From Moniliella sp. 'wahieum' (taxonomy: Eukaryota): DNA of 41,569 nt. Made by a program: the position numbers and the translations under genes. The first letter of the stretch is position 1. Every line of letters starts with the position of its first letter. Shown here in pieces: positions 24,763-34,800 of the stretch. The notes beneath the pieces are model-generated. The model had not been told where the DNA came from. It ran no database searches and saw only the letters and a program-made list of their open reading frames with translations. The stretch lies in the NCBI GenBank assembly GCA_003971905.1, contig RSEE01000098.1, positions 186,001-227,569 of the forward strand. The letters run 5' to 3'.

Positions 24763-25452
24763 CGAGGAGGACCACCGGCCTACGGCCCGGTCGGCTGGGG
24801 CTTCGCCCCAGCTTGGTGCTGCGTCGCCACCTTAGCCACCGTTCCCCCTTCGCCACCTTAGCCACCGTTCCCCCGTCGCTACCGTTCCACGCTGGAACCC
24901 TTCCACGCTGGAGAGGGCAAATAATATCACCGACAAGGAGGACCACCGGCCTACGGCCCGGTCAGCTGCTGGTCGCCACCTTAGCCACCGTTCCCCTTCG
25001 CCACCGTAGCCACCGTTCCCCGGTCCACCGTTCCACGCTGGAACCCTTCCACGCTGGAGAGGGCAAATAATATCACCGACGAGGAGACCACCGGGCCTAC
25101 GGCCCGGTCTGCGGTGTCGCCACTTAGCCACCGTTCCCCGTCGCCAACCTTAGCACCGTTCCCCTTCGCCACCTTAGCCACCGTCCACCGTCGCTACCGT
25201 TCCACGCGGAACCCTTCCACGCTGGAGAGGGCAAATAATATCACCGATTCTCTGGCTGGGGTGGCTGGGGTGGCTGGCTGCGCCGGTGGCTACGCAATGC
25301 TGATGTAAAAGAGTGGTGCACACCCCGTTGGGATTCTAAATAGTATAGAGATTTCTGGCTGCGGGTGGCTGGGAACGTGGCACCGGTCGGCACGTGCCTA
25401 TGACGTAACAGTGTGCAGGATTTCCCAGCCGATCTTATGACATAGAGAGAGA
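24763..25452 (-). mobile_element. Non-autonomous Helitron in opposite orientation, with three tandem 3'-end modules and two candidate 5' ends (25351, 25452)
   Basis: Minus strand has starts A|TCTCTCTCTATG and A|TCTCTATACTATTTAG. Three about 150-170 bp modules each end with the GGCC-GTA-GGCC hairpin followed by CTCG/CTTG|T (near 25080, 24934, 24763). Confidence 0.7.
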
Positions 25453-25836
25453 TACGCCTGAGACCAAATGACCTACCTGGGCTACGGGCGCCGGGCCCCA
25501 GGCCGCGTCCTACGAAGATGGGGTGATGTTCCATGAGCGGTGACCTGAACCAAGCCACAGCGGCGCTGTGCCGCCCGAGCGGTGCATGATGCATGACACA
25601 ATCGGCAGCGGAGCCGGGCAGGAGGGCGCAGGCGGCGCGTGGGTCCCGTCGGCGTCTGCCGCGTCACCGGTCACCCAGCCCAAACTGGCCCGCTTGGATC
25701 AGGCCCGGGCGCAGACGGCCGAGAGCTGGCCCGCAGCTGACACACGCCCCAGGTCACACGTCATGCACGTCATGCCGCCGCCTCGCCGCGCCCGTCCACA
25801 TCCGCTTATAAGTCGCCCGTCCCAGCCACCCCGGCC

Positions 25837-27728
25837 TTGTCCTGCCCGCCTCCGCCCCTCCCCCCTCCCTTGGCCTGCACACCATGCGCTTCCCTCGATC
25901 GCTGGCCGTCCGGTGACCATCATTGGCGCTGGAACGCTCGGCCGCCGCATGGCGCTCATGTGGATGACCCGTGGCGGCGCCGTCAACCTCTAGTACGCAT
26001 GCCCGGCCTTGCCTGCTTGCGGACGCGTCCCTAACCCTCGTCTGCGCAGCGACCCCTCCTCCTCCCAGCTGCAGTCGGCCCAGAAGTACGCGCTCGGCGC
26101 GCTTCCAAGCGTCATTTCCGACCACGTCCCCGGCGGCTCCCCCGGCAAGCTCAACCTGTTCAACCAGTCTTCTCCCTCGGCTGCCTTGGCCGACTCTTGG
26201 ATGGTGATTGAGGCGGTGCCCGAGGAGATCCAGCTGAAGCACAAGGTGCTCAGCAGCATCAGCGCTGCCTCCCTACGGATGCGATCGTCGCCCAGCAACT
26301 CCTCCTCCTTCTCGGGTGCCGAGCTGCGTGATGCCATCCCCAGCTCGCATAGCCCCAGTTCCTTTGCACGCACTACTATTCGCCTCCGGAGATCAACCTC
26401 CTGGAGATTATGCCCAACTCTCGACCGACAAGGACATCACTCCCTTTCTTGCCAAGGTTGCTGCCGAACATGGACTCAAGCCGATTCAGGTCAAGAAGGA
26501 TTCGGTTGGCTTGGTTGGCAACCGGGTATGGGCAGCGATCAAGCGCGAGGCACTCAAGGTTGCCGCCGAGGGCGTCAGCACACCGGCCGACATTGACATT
26601 GCGCTGAACCAATTTGTTCCGGGGCTCAAACCCTTTGCTCTGATGGACAAGGTGGGACTCAACACGGTGCTGAATGTGGAAAAGCATTACCATGCTATCT
26701 ACCCCAGTCTTGCCAAGGAATATGGCGATGTGCTTTCATATGTGGATGCGAAGGTGCAAAAGAACGAGTTGGGCTGGCCGACGGACAAGGGCTTCTTTGA
26801 CTACGTTCCCCTCGACAAGCAGAAGCACATTCTTGTTCTCGACGTTTACAAGGGCTATGCCCCGTTGCTCCGTCGACGGCCGCCAAACCGAACACATTTC
26901 CCAAAATCTCCACATGCCCGATGGCGTGGGTGGCCGCGCACGATGGCTCAGTCTTTGTGGGGTGCATGGGCGCGGTGCCAGCAGAGGAGGATGGGTACCT
27001 GGTCCGTGTCTTCCCACCCACCGAAGAAGGCGGGGAATGGACGACCAAGGTGATTGTCCCCAAGGGCATTGCGTTTACGCCTAAGCAGCTGGCCTTGGAC
27101 GAGAAGCGCGAGAAGCTCTACTGGTCCGACCGTGAGGCGGCGGGGGTGTGGCGGTCCAACTACGACGGCTCGGAGGTGGAGATCCTGTTCCAAACCGTGC
27201 CCGACGGCACTGCGCGCCCATCCCGGACCAGACCAAGCACTGTGTCGGCTGCACGGTGGACAGCGAAAAGGGCTGGGTGTATTGGACACTCAAGGGCCCC
27301 GCGCGCGGCGGCCACGGCTCCATTCTACGTGCGCCCATTGACCAAAAGGGCGTGCATCCATTGAGCGCAAGGACATTGAGGTCTTGTATGAAAACCTGCC
27401 GGAACCATCGACCTGCACTTGGCCGAGGGCGGCAAGCGGCGCTCTACTGGACCGACCGTGGGGTCGGCGGCTTGTTCACCGCGCTTGTTCCAGAACAGTT
27501 GACCCCAAGCACGACGGCGACCATCAAGGAGGCTCCCAAGTTGCTTTCTGACCATTTCCACCAGACCATCGGCCTCACCGTCGACGAAGAGGCCGGCTAC
27601 ATTTACGTGGCTGACCTGGTGGCGCTGTGTACCGTACCAACCTGGATGGCTCGGACAAGATCCGCTGCCGGTCAACGGACACCAACGTGTACACGGGCCT
27701 GGCTCTCCAGCTGCCTGCATCTAATTAA
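25837..27728 (+). CDS. 3-hydroxyacyl-CoA dehydrogenase fused to a C-terminal YWTD/LDL-receptor class B-type beta-propeller; intron 25993-26049
   Basis: Dehydrogenase motifs RPVTIIGAGTLGRR, VIEAVPE, SNSSS, catalytic THYYSPPEINLLEI and GLVGNRVWAAIKREAL. Propeller blades KQLALDEKREKLYWSDRE..RSNYDGS, VGCTVDSEKGWVYWT, EPIDL..LYWTDRG and IGLTVDEEAGYIYVADL. No clear ATG (gccTTGtcc at 25837, just after TATAA), so the start is approximate. Confidence 0.85.
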
Positions 27729-28117
27729 TCAGCCTGCCTGTCTGGCTGACGGGGTTGTTTGTGTCTTGATAATAATCGTCCATCGCGTTGCCATTCATAC
27801 CGTGTGTAGTTGGAACCGTGGAAGGTGCCCCGTATGGCTTGCTTGCAAACAGGGACTCGTGAATGGCAATGGTTAGTGGGCCCACCTCTCAGTTTGAGGG
27901 CGTAGGTAGGGTTCCTGCGTAGGTTAATTACCAAAGTTGGTACTAGCCAGTGGATGCTATTGTGCTATCGTCACTGCATGTTGCGCGAGGTTGCGCGCTA
28001 CTGCGTTTCGAATATTTCATGTTGTGCCGCTTTGTAAGCCTGTGCCACCCCAGGCCGCCGGTTGAAACTTTGGCAAAAAAATTACCTAAGATCCGGATTT
28101 TGGGGGATTCATCTACC

Positions 28118-28251
28118 ATTTTGCACCCCTGAACGGGATGTGCCACCCTTTTTTGCCCATTTTAGCCCCTAAATTTTGCACCCCCAACGGGATGTGCCGG
28201 CACTTTTTTGGCCCTGCGGGGCCCAAATTTGCACCCCGAACGGGACGTGCC
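28118..28251 (+). repeat. Degenerate tandem repeat, 3 units of about 54 bp, core TTTGCACCCC..AACGGGAYGTGCC
   Basis: Cores at 28120, 28175 and 28228. The intervening segments are also similar to one another. Confidence 0.75.
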
Positions 28252-28799
28252 TCCACCGATGAGCAATGGGTGATGTCCGGGGTCCTCGCGTACCCTTTCC
28301 CGGTTACCCTTTACCCCCGTCGGTGCACGTTGCAACGTTGGGGTGGCAACTGGCTGGGTTAAACATTCAACGGTAATTATTACAGCCCATCTCACAAACA
28401 TCTGCCATCGGCTTTGGGGTGGGTGTATCGGGTAAGTACTCACTGAGTACCAGACAGAGTGAGTAGACACCAAGTAGGCATCGCCGCCGGTCCGTTTTTC
28501 TGTGGGTTGGTGTCAGAGAGCTGATCTCAGCCATCTCTCCACTCAGTATTCGGTCCCGACGTGCCGAGTGGACAAAAAGTGCAGCCGCCGGACCACTCGC
28601 CCATCGCTTGCGGACTGCGTTGGGAATTGGAATTCCCAAGTTTTGGCACCCAAGTCGACCCTCTCATCTCGGTTTTTTCTTTGGTTGCCCAGCTGTGTTC
28701 TGCACCACCAGCACCAGCACCAGCACCACCGTCCCATCCACGCTGGACCGGCCCCAGTTCCCCCCCCCCCACGCCGCCAACCCACCACAAACCAGACCA

Positions 28800-29217
28800 A
28801 TGCGTGTACTTCCAATGCGTGCGCTTCCCGCGACGGACGATGCCGAGGTGGAGGAGCGCGCACGGATTTGCGTCGACTACCTGTCGCACCAATGGGTGGG
28901 CGAAGAAGATGTGTGGGCAAGTTGGCGCGCAATGAGCAAGCACAAGTATCGACTGGTAATGGTGTCCGATTGGAAAATGCTTCGTGGCGGACTTGGGCCC
29001 AACACCGCGCGAGCCTGCCTACGGTCTACCCAAGGACACTCAATTGGTACGTTTTTGTCTTTTTGGGTTTTGCGGGTTTGCGGGTTTGCCTCCCACCCCC
29101 TGTGGCTCGGCGTGGCTCGGGGTCTGGGTTCTAGGCTCTGGGCTCTTTCTGGGTCTTGGCCTCGTGGTTTGTTGGGCTCCACTAACCACCCCGTTTGGTT
29201 GGGTCTGTGTTTGTGTT

Positions 29218-29258
<41 letters not shown>

Positions 29259-30750
29259 GTCTTGGGTGGTTCCTCCTTTTGGGGGGTGTATTGGGTCACG
29301 TTTGCATTTGCCTTTACCTTTACGTTTACCTTGCCCTTGCCCTTGCCTTTGCCCTTTACATCTACATTTTACCTTTGACGACCTCTCCCCCCAAAGGCTG
29401 AAAGACAGCGACGTGACTTGGCTGTACGGACCACTCCACGCGCGTCCGGCGGCCGTGCCAGCACGTAAGCCCACTTCTCTCGCCGCCCGAGCGCGTCGCG
29501 ACCCGACACTCTCACTTGGTTCCCGGCGCTCGGTCTCTAGGTCCGTCTCCGGTTCGGAACCCCCGTCTCACACCGTCACCCTCCGCGCACTCGCACCACC
29601 CGCCCCGCCCCCCCCCTCCCCACCCGACACAGCCCATACAGAAACGGTCGAACGAGGCGTAGAAGAGGGGGAGGAGAGTAAGGGGGGAGCCGTGCGGTTG
29701 AGCGAGGACGAGGACGAGTACGCGTGCGGGGTCGAGGGTGAGGGGGAGTGCGAGAAGGAGGGATCGAGGGTGTTGGAGTCCGAGTCCGAGTCCGAGTACA
29801 AGTGCGAGATGGCGTTGGTGCATGCGGGGTTTGGTGGGTACGTGAATGCGAGTGGGCAAAAGTCCATTCTCAAGCACCGCACCATTGGTCAGCTGTTGCT
29901 CTCTGACGGACCGATGCGTACTAAGGCCGGTGTGGGGCCTGGTGTGAGTGTGGGTGAGGGTGTGGGTACACCAATGGTCTTGCCTCCTTCTCCCTCCCCC
30001 TCGTCTCCCTCTCTCTCTTCTCCTTGTTCTCCTTGTTCTTCTTCTTGTTCTTCTCCCTCGTCCCCTTATTCTCCCTCTCTCCCTCATCCGCTTGCCCGCC
30101 TGACTCCCCACCCTATCCCGTCTGTTCGCCTACGAACTGCGCATCTGCATCGGCATCTACACCTGCATCTGCACCTGCACGCGCACCGTACACTTCTACT
30201 TCTCCTGGGTGTAGGTCCGTCGCGACATGCTGCGCGCAAGCTGAGCCGGCTGCGCGCCCGAGCCCGACCAAACGTATCACGTTCAATCCCCATGTGGAAC
30301 AGTGCATTGCCCTCCCGCCTCGCTCGGTCCACCCTGACCGCGAAGCATGGGGTGAGGAATGCACCGACGATTGCGCAGACGGATGGGGCGACGGGTGGAC
30401 GACGGATGGAGCGGCGGATGGAGCGGCGGCGGTACGGGACCCTTCCCTTCCCCGATCCGTACGATTGCACGCTTGGCGCCTACGCGGCTCAAGCAAGACG
30501 AAGGCCAAGCCGACGCCCAAGGCGAAGAAGAAAGGAGGAACAGGATGATGGGGGGAAGGACTGATGGGGTCCTGGTTGGCTCGGTGGACGCTACCGGCCC
30601 AAGGAGGACAAGTAGCGGTGCGAGGACGAGGGCGCGGAGGGAACGCTGGCACAGGGACGTCTGAGGTCCCATCTGCACCTGCACCTGCGGCGGTAGTGGA
30701 CACGCAGTCCCCTATCTCGGACTCGGTTTCTATGGTTGGATGGTACGGTA
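28800..30750 (+). CDS. Reg1-like protein phosphatase 1 regulatory subunit (DUF1752 family); 350-nt intron 29047-29396; 3' end uncertain
   Basis: VDYLSHQW..EDVWASWR, GVRLENASWRTW, TLNW|LKDSDVTWLYGPL, SILK motif (KSILKHRT), RVxF-like KRITFNPHVEQCIAL and TIARLAPTRLK. Confidence 0.8.
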
Positions 30751-31311
30751 CGTTGAATCTCCCTCCCCACTTCCCGTTCTCATCTCCCTGTGGTCTCATA
30801 TCTCCCGTCCGCGGGGCACGGGTGAGGTAGGACATGGACATGTACATGTACACGTCTCTGTGCCAACCCTGGAGAAACAGAGCGACGGCAAGGTACTGAC
30901 CAGTATGGGCCTTTTGTCTCTCTTTGTACTATCTTTTTGTTCTGTTCTGTGTGGTTTTACTTGGTTGGTTTGTTGCGGACCACGTCGACCTGTAACCTAC
31001 AACCTACGATGTATGTCGTACGACGTACGACCTACAACTTACGACATACGACCGGTGACCTTGCGGGGCGGGGGGGGGGGGGCGAGCAGCTGTTGGACGA
31101 ACAATAGGGTGGACCGAGCGGTGGACCAAGCGCTGGACCAGTGGCTGGACCGAGCAGCATGTCCGTTCCCAGCCGGACTTGACCCACGACACGCATCACA
31201 CGCTCGACTGGGACCCCCAGAACCACAAGCACGATGACAAGGACCACCAGGACCCCAAGGACCCGAATCTGACGCCGAAGCAAACCGAGTCCCAGACACA
31301 ACCCCAGACCC

Positions 31312-31706
31312 TAGTCTTATATTGGCGTGTGATGAGTCCTGTCAAAACGCGGCTCAATTAGTACTGAGACAGGTATTTTAGCCCAAACTGGGACACCCCA
31401 CGAAAAGTCAGCCACCACAGTGTGATGGGGACCAAAATGTGGTGCCTGACGTTTGGTGATCTCTGACATTTCGGGTGGGGCTTAGTCCTGGAATGCGGTA
31501 TTCACGCTGTCACGCCTGGAATGTGACATGTGAGGAGGGCAAAATGCGGGGTCTGACGTTTGGTGAGCTCTGACATTCTTTGATGGCGTTCCTTGCGGAA
31601 ACGTAGCGGGCCCTGCCACGCTGCTTGCGCCGTGCCCGGTCCCGACTCTGGCCTGTGTGGCGCCTGGGCCAGCGCTCCGTGGGGGATCGGCAACGACGAT
31701 AGGGCC
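31312..31706 (+). mobile_element. Subtelomeric module X, copy 1 (395 bp, truncated)
   Basis: Matches 31879-32273 essentially base for base. Begins CC|TAGTCTTATATT and is cut at a CC where module Y begins. Confidence 0.7.
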
Positions 31707-31878
31707 TAGACATATGTTCATTGATACATCTGGTATGAGTGACCTAGACGTATGTTCAGTGATACATTTGGTACGGCTGATCGATGATATGACGGCCACA
31801 AATGCAATTTGACACTAGTGTCGATTTCTATTTGTTTCCAGCCTACAGTTGGTACGGATCCTATTTGTGGTCGAGGCC
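31707..31878 (+). repeat. Subtelomeric module Y (two TAGAC-headed units at 31707 and 31745)
   Basis: TAGACATATGTTCATTGATACATCTGGTATGAGTGACC is repeated at 36205-36242. TAGACGTATGTTCAGTGATACA is repeated at 36264. Confidence 0.75.
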
Positions 31879-34800
31879 TAGTCTTATATTGGCGTGTGAT
31901 GAGTCCTGTCAAAACGCGGCTCAATTAGTACTGAGACAGGTATTTTAGCCCAAACTGGGACACCCCACGAAAAGTCAGCCACCACAGTGTGATGGGGACC
32001 AAAATGTGGTGCCTGACGTTTGGTGATCTCTGACATTTCGGGTGGGGCTTAGTCCTGGAATGCGGTATTCACGCTGTCACGCCTGGAATGTGACATGTGA
32101 GGAGGGCAAAATGCGGGGTCTGACGTTTGGTGAGCTCTGACATTCTTTGATGGCGTTCCTTGCGGAAACGTAGCGGGCCCTGCCACGCTGCTTGCGCCGT
32201 GCCCGGTCCCGACTCTGGCCTGTGTGGCGCCTGGGCCAGCGCTCCGTGGGGGATCGGCAACGACGATAGGGCCATTCGCGACCAAGGTAATTGTTTCTTT
32301 CTGGTCGAGGGGCGGGTGACGGGCGTGCCGGCCCGGACCGTGGCTAGGTGCGCTCGGTGATGGGTCCTGGGCGTGCCGACTTGGGCCGTGGCTGGGTCCG
32401 CTTGGTGACAGGTCCTCGGCGGCTGGGGCCGTTGCTGGGTCCGCTTGGTGACTGGTCCTGCATTGGGCCGAAGAGCCGCTTGTCACAAGTGGTCAGGCCT
32501 GTCTTTACCTTGCATTCTGGGTCAATCCGCCAAGCGGGCCCTGCCACGCTGCTTGCGCCGTGCCCGGTCCCGACTTTGCTCTGTGTGGCGCCTGGGCCAG
32601 CGCTCCGTGGGGGATCGGCAACGACGATAGGGCCATTCGCGACCAAGGTAATTGTTTGCTTTCTGGTCGAGGGGCGGGTGACGGGGCGTGCCGGCCCGGA
32701 CCATGGCTAGGTGCGCTCGGTGATGGGTCTTGGCGTGCCGACTTGGGCCGTGGCTGGGTCCGCTTGGTGACAGGTCCTCGGCGGGGCGGCTGGGGCCGTT
32801 GCTGGGTCCGCTTGGTGACTGGTCCTGCATTGGGCCGAAGAGCCGCTTGTCACATGTGGCCCGTCCTGTCTCGATATCCTTGCGTTCTGGGCCAATCCGC
32901 CTCACATCTTGTTTCTGACGGCCACCACCCTGATACTTGTCTCTACTCCAGCCCTTCTTGGTTCGTCCTCAGGTCTCACCCCATCTCAAGGCGTTCGCCA
33001 TGCGCCATCTTCAATCACTTGTGCAGCTGCTAGTCTGTCTCTTCCACCTTGCCGTTAGGCCTTTCGGATTTGCGTCCCAGGGGCCGGTACCGAAAGCGTA
33101 GCATCTTTGGTTCTCGCACACCACCCGTTGAGCCCCTCGTGCTGCTTAACCTCCGTGCCGGGCTCTTCCCCTGAAGAGGCGAGCGCGGCAGCCAGTGCAT
33201 CCGCCGATGTTTGGTCTGTGATTCTCTCCCTCTGACTCTCATTGCCTGTGGCGCTGGCGTTTGGGCCAGGTGCTCACGACTTTGTTTTATCGCCCAGGTC
33301 GAAGGTGGTGCCGGGGCGCGTCGTGCCACTAGGTTGGAACAAGTGACTTGCTTATGTTTCGGCCCGGGTGGACACGGCCATCATTGCAACGACGGAGAAG
33401 GCCATTGGTTCTACGTACGAGACGCCACTGTGGATGACAGAAGAGGGTAGGGCTGGATTGTGCGTGGGGGACAGGGGGTTTGGCTCTACCTGGGGGGGTG
33501 ATGGATCATCAGACTTGCGCCTGAACTTTGTCTGACTCTGGTCCGGGCCTGGCCAGTGGACTCGCGCTGGCTCGGGCTGGGGTCCGAGATCAAGACCACT
33601 GATGTGTTGATTAGCTCGAGTGCGCACTGTGTTCCCCTGCCCTTTGCTTTTGCCATACACGCTCGGTGGTTCATGGGTGTATAGGAGCAGTGCAAGCGGC
33701 AGAGGCCCGGAAGGAGAGTGTGCTTCCCCAGCCAAGACGGAAACGCTGGCTGTTACTTTTCCCTCCGTTCGTATTGGCTCAGTGTCCACGTAATGGCCAT
33801 CATTGATTGGAACACTCTGAGTCAGACTAGGAAGGTGTGCTGCCACACTGGCATGAAAGATGTGTTGGGGATGGAGTGTGTGCATCGGAACGTGTTCCTG
33901 CTCAGAGCAGTGCTCACTGGCCTGAGCGTGAGCTTTGATGGCGTTCCTTGCGGAAACGTAGTGGGCCCTGCAACGCTGCTTGCGCCGTGTCTGGTCTCGA
34001 CTCTGGCATGTGTGGAGCCTGTGGCCCAGCGGTAAGTTGGGGAACGCCAATGATGATAGAGCCATTCGCGGCCAAGGTAAAGGTTTGCTTTCAGCTCGAG
34101 GGGCGCGTGACGCCGCGTGCCGGTTTGGGCCGTGGCTGGGTGCACTTGGTGATGGGTCCTGCATTGGACCAAAGAGCCGCTTGTCATAGTGGGGACTCAT
34201 GGTCTGCGCAACGCTGCCGGCGGAGAGCAGAGCTAGAGCGGGGTGCATCTGCGGTGTGTTCCGCGGCGGGCGAGACCGGGCAATGGGGCAGGGGCAACGA
34301 CGGTGGTGGTCAACAGCAGACACGGGGCGCGAGGACACAGGCCAAGCGGACGGCGGCGGGTCGGCGCAAAGGAATCATCCACCGCGCCGAGTCAGCGGTG
34401 AGGTGAGCGGTGAGCGTGTGGGTTGGTGATCGGTGATCGGTGTCGTGTCCCGGGGCCGTGCGCGGCGGTGGCGCTCGTGCCTGTTGGTCTGCCTGACCAC
34501 CATCGTCCCCCGGCATGCGCTCGGCCTGGTAGCGGGGTGGGCGCCGTACCTGAGCCTCCCCGCTGCCCGGCACCTTCCCGCACGGGGGACGCACCAGCCT
34601 GCATGGGCGCCAGCTGGCCTGGGGGTCTGCCCCAACCAGCAAGCCGGCTCTTTAACCCCACGCATCCTTGCCCTGTCCCCCCCCCGCCCCTCACTCCCAC
34701 CCCCCCCACCCATCGCACTGTGCTTCACGCCCACCCGCATCCCACCATGTCCACTTCTCCCATCCCCGCCCACAATCCCCGCGGCAATCCTGCCCATTCA

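Noticed and set aside
25318..25335. 14/15-bp match between the Helitron 5' region and the 54-bp repeat core at 28181
   Set aside because: Matches this short are expected by chance in a 41-kb self-comparison.
28118..28251. CRISPR-like array (26-bp repeats with about 28-bp spacers)
   Set aside because: Only three degenerate units, the spacers resemble each other, the context is eukaryotic and there are no cas genes. It is a tandem repeat.
34423..34746. Upstream extension of the 452-aa ORF
   Set aside because: It uses a non-ATG start and crosses pyrimidine-rich 5'UTR-like sequence. The ATG at 34747 has a good Kozak context.
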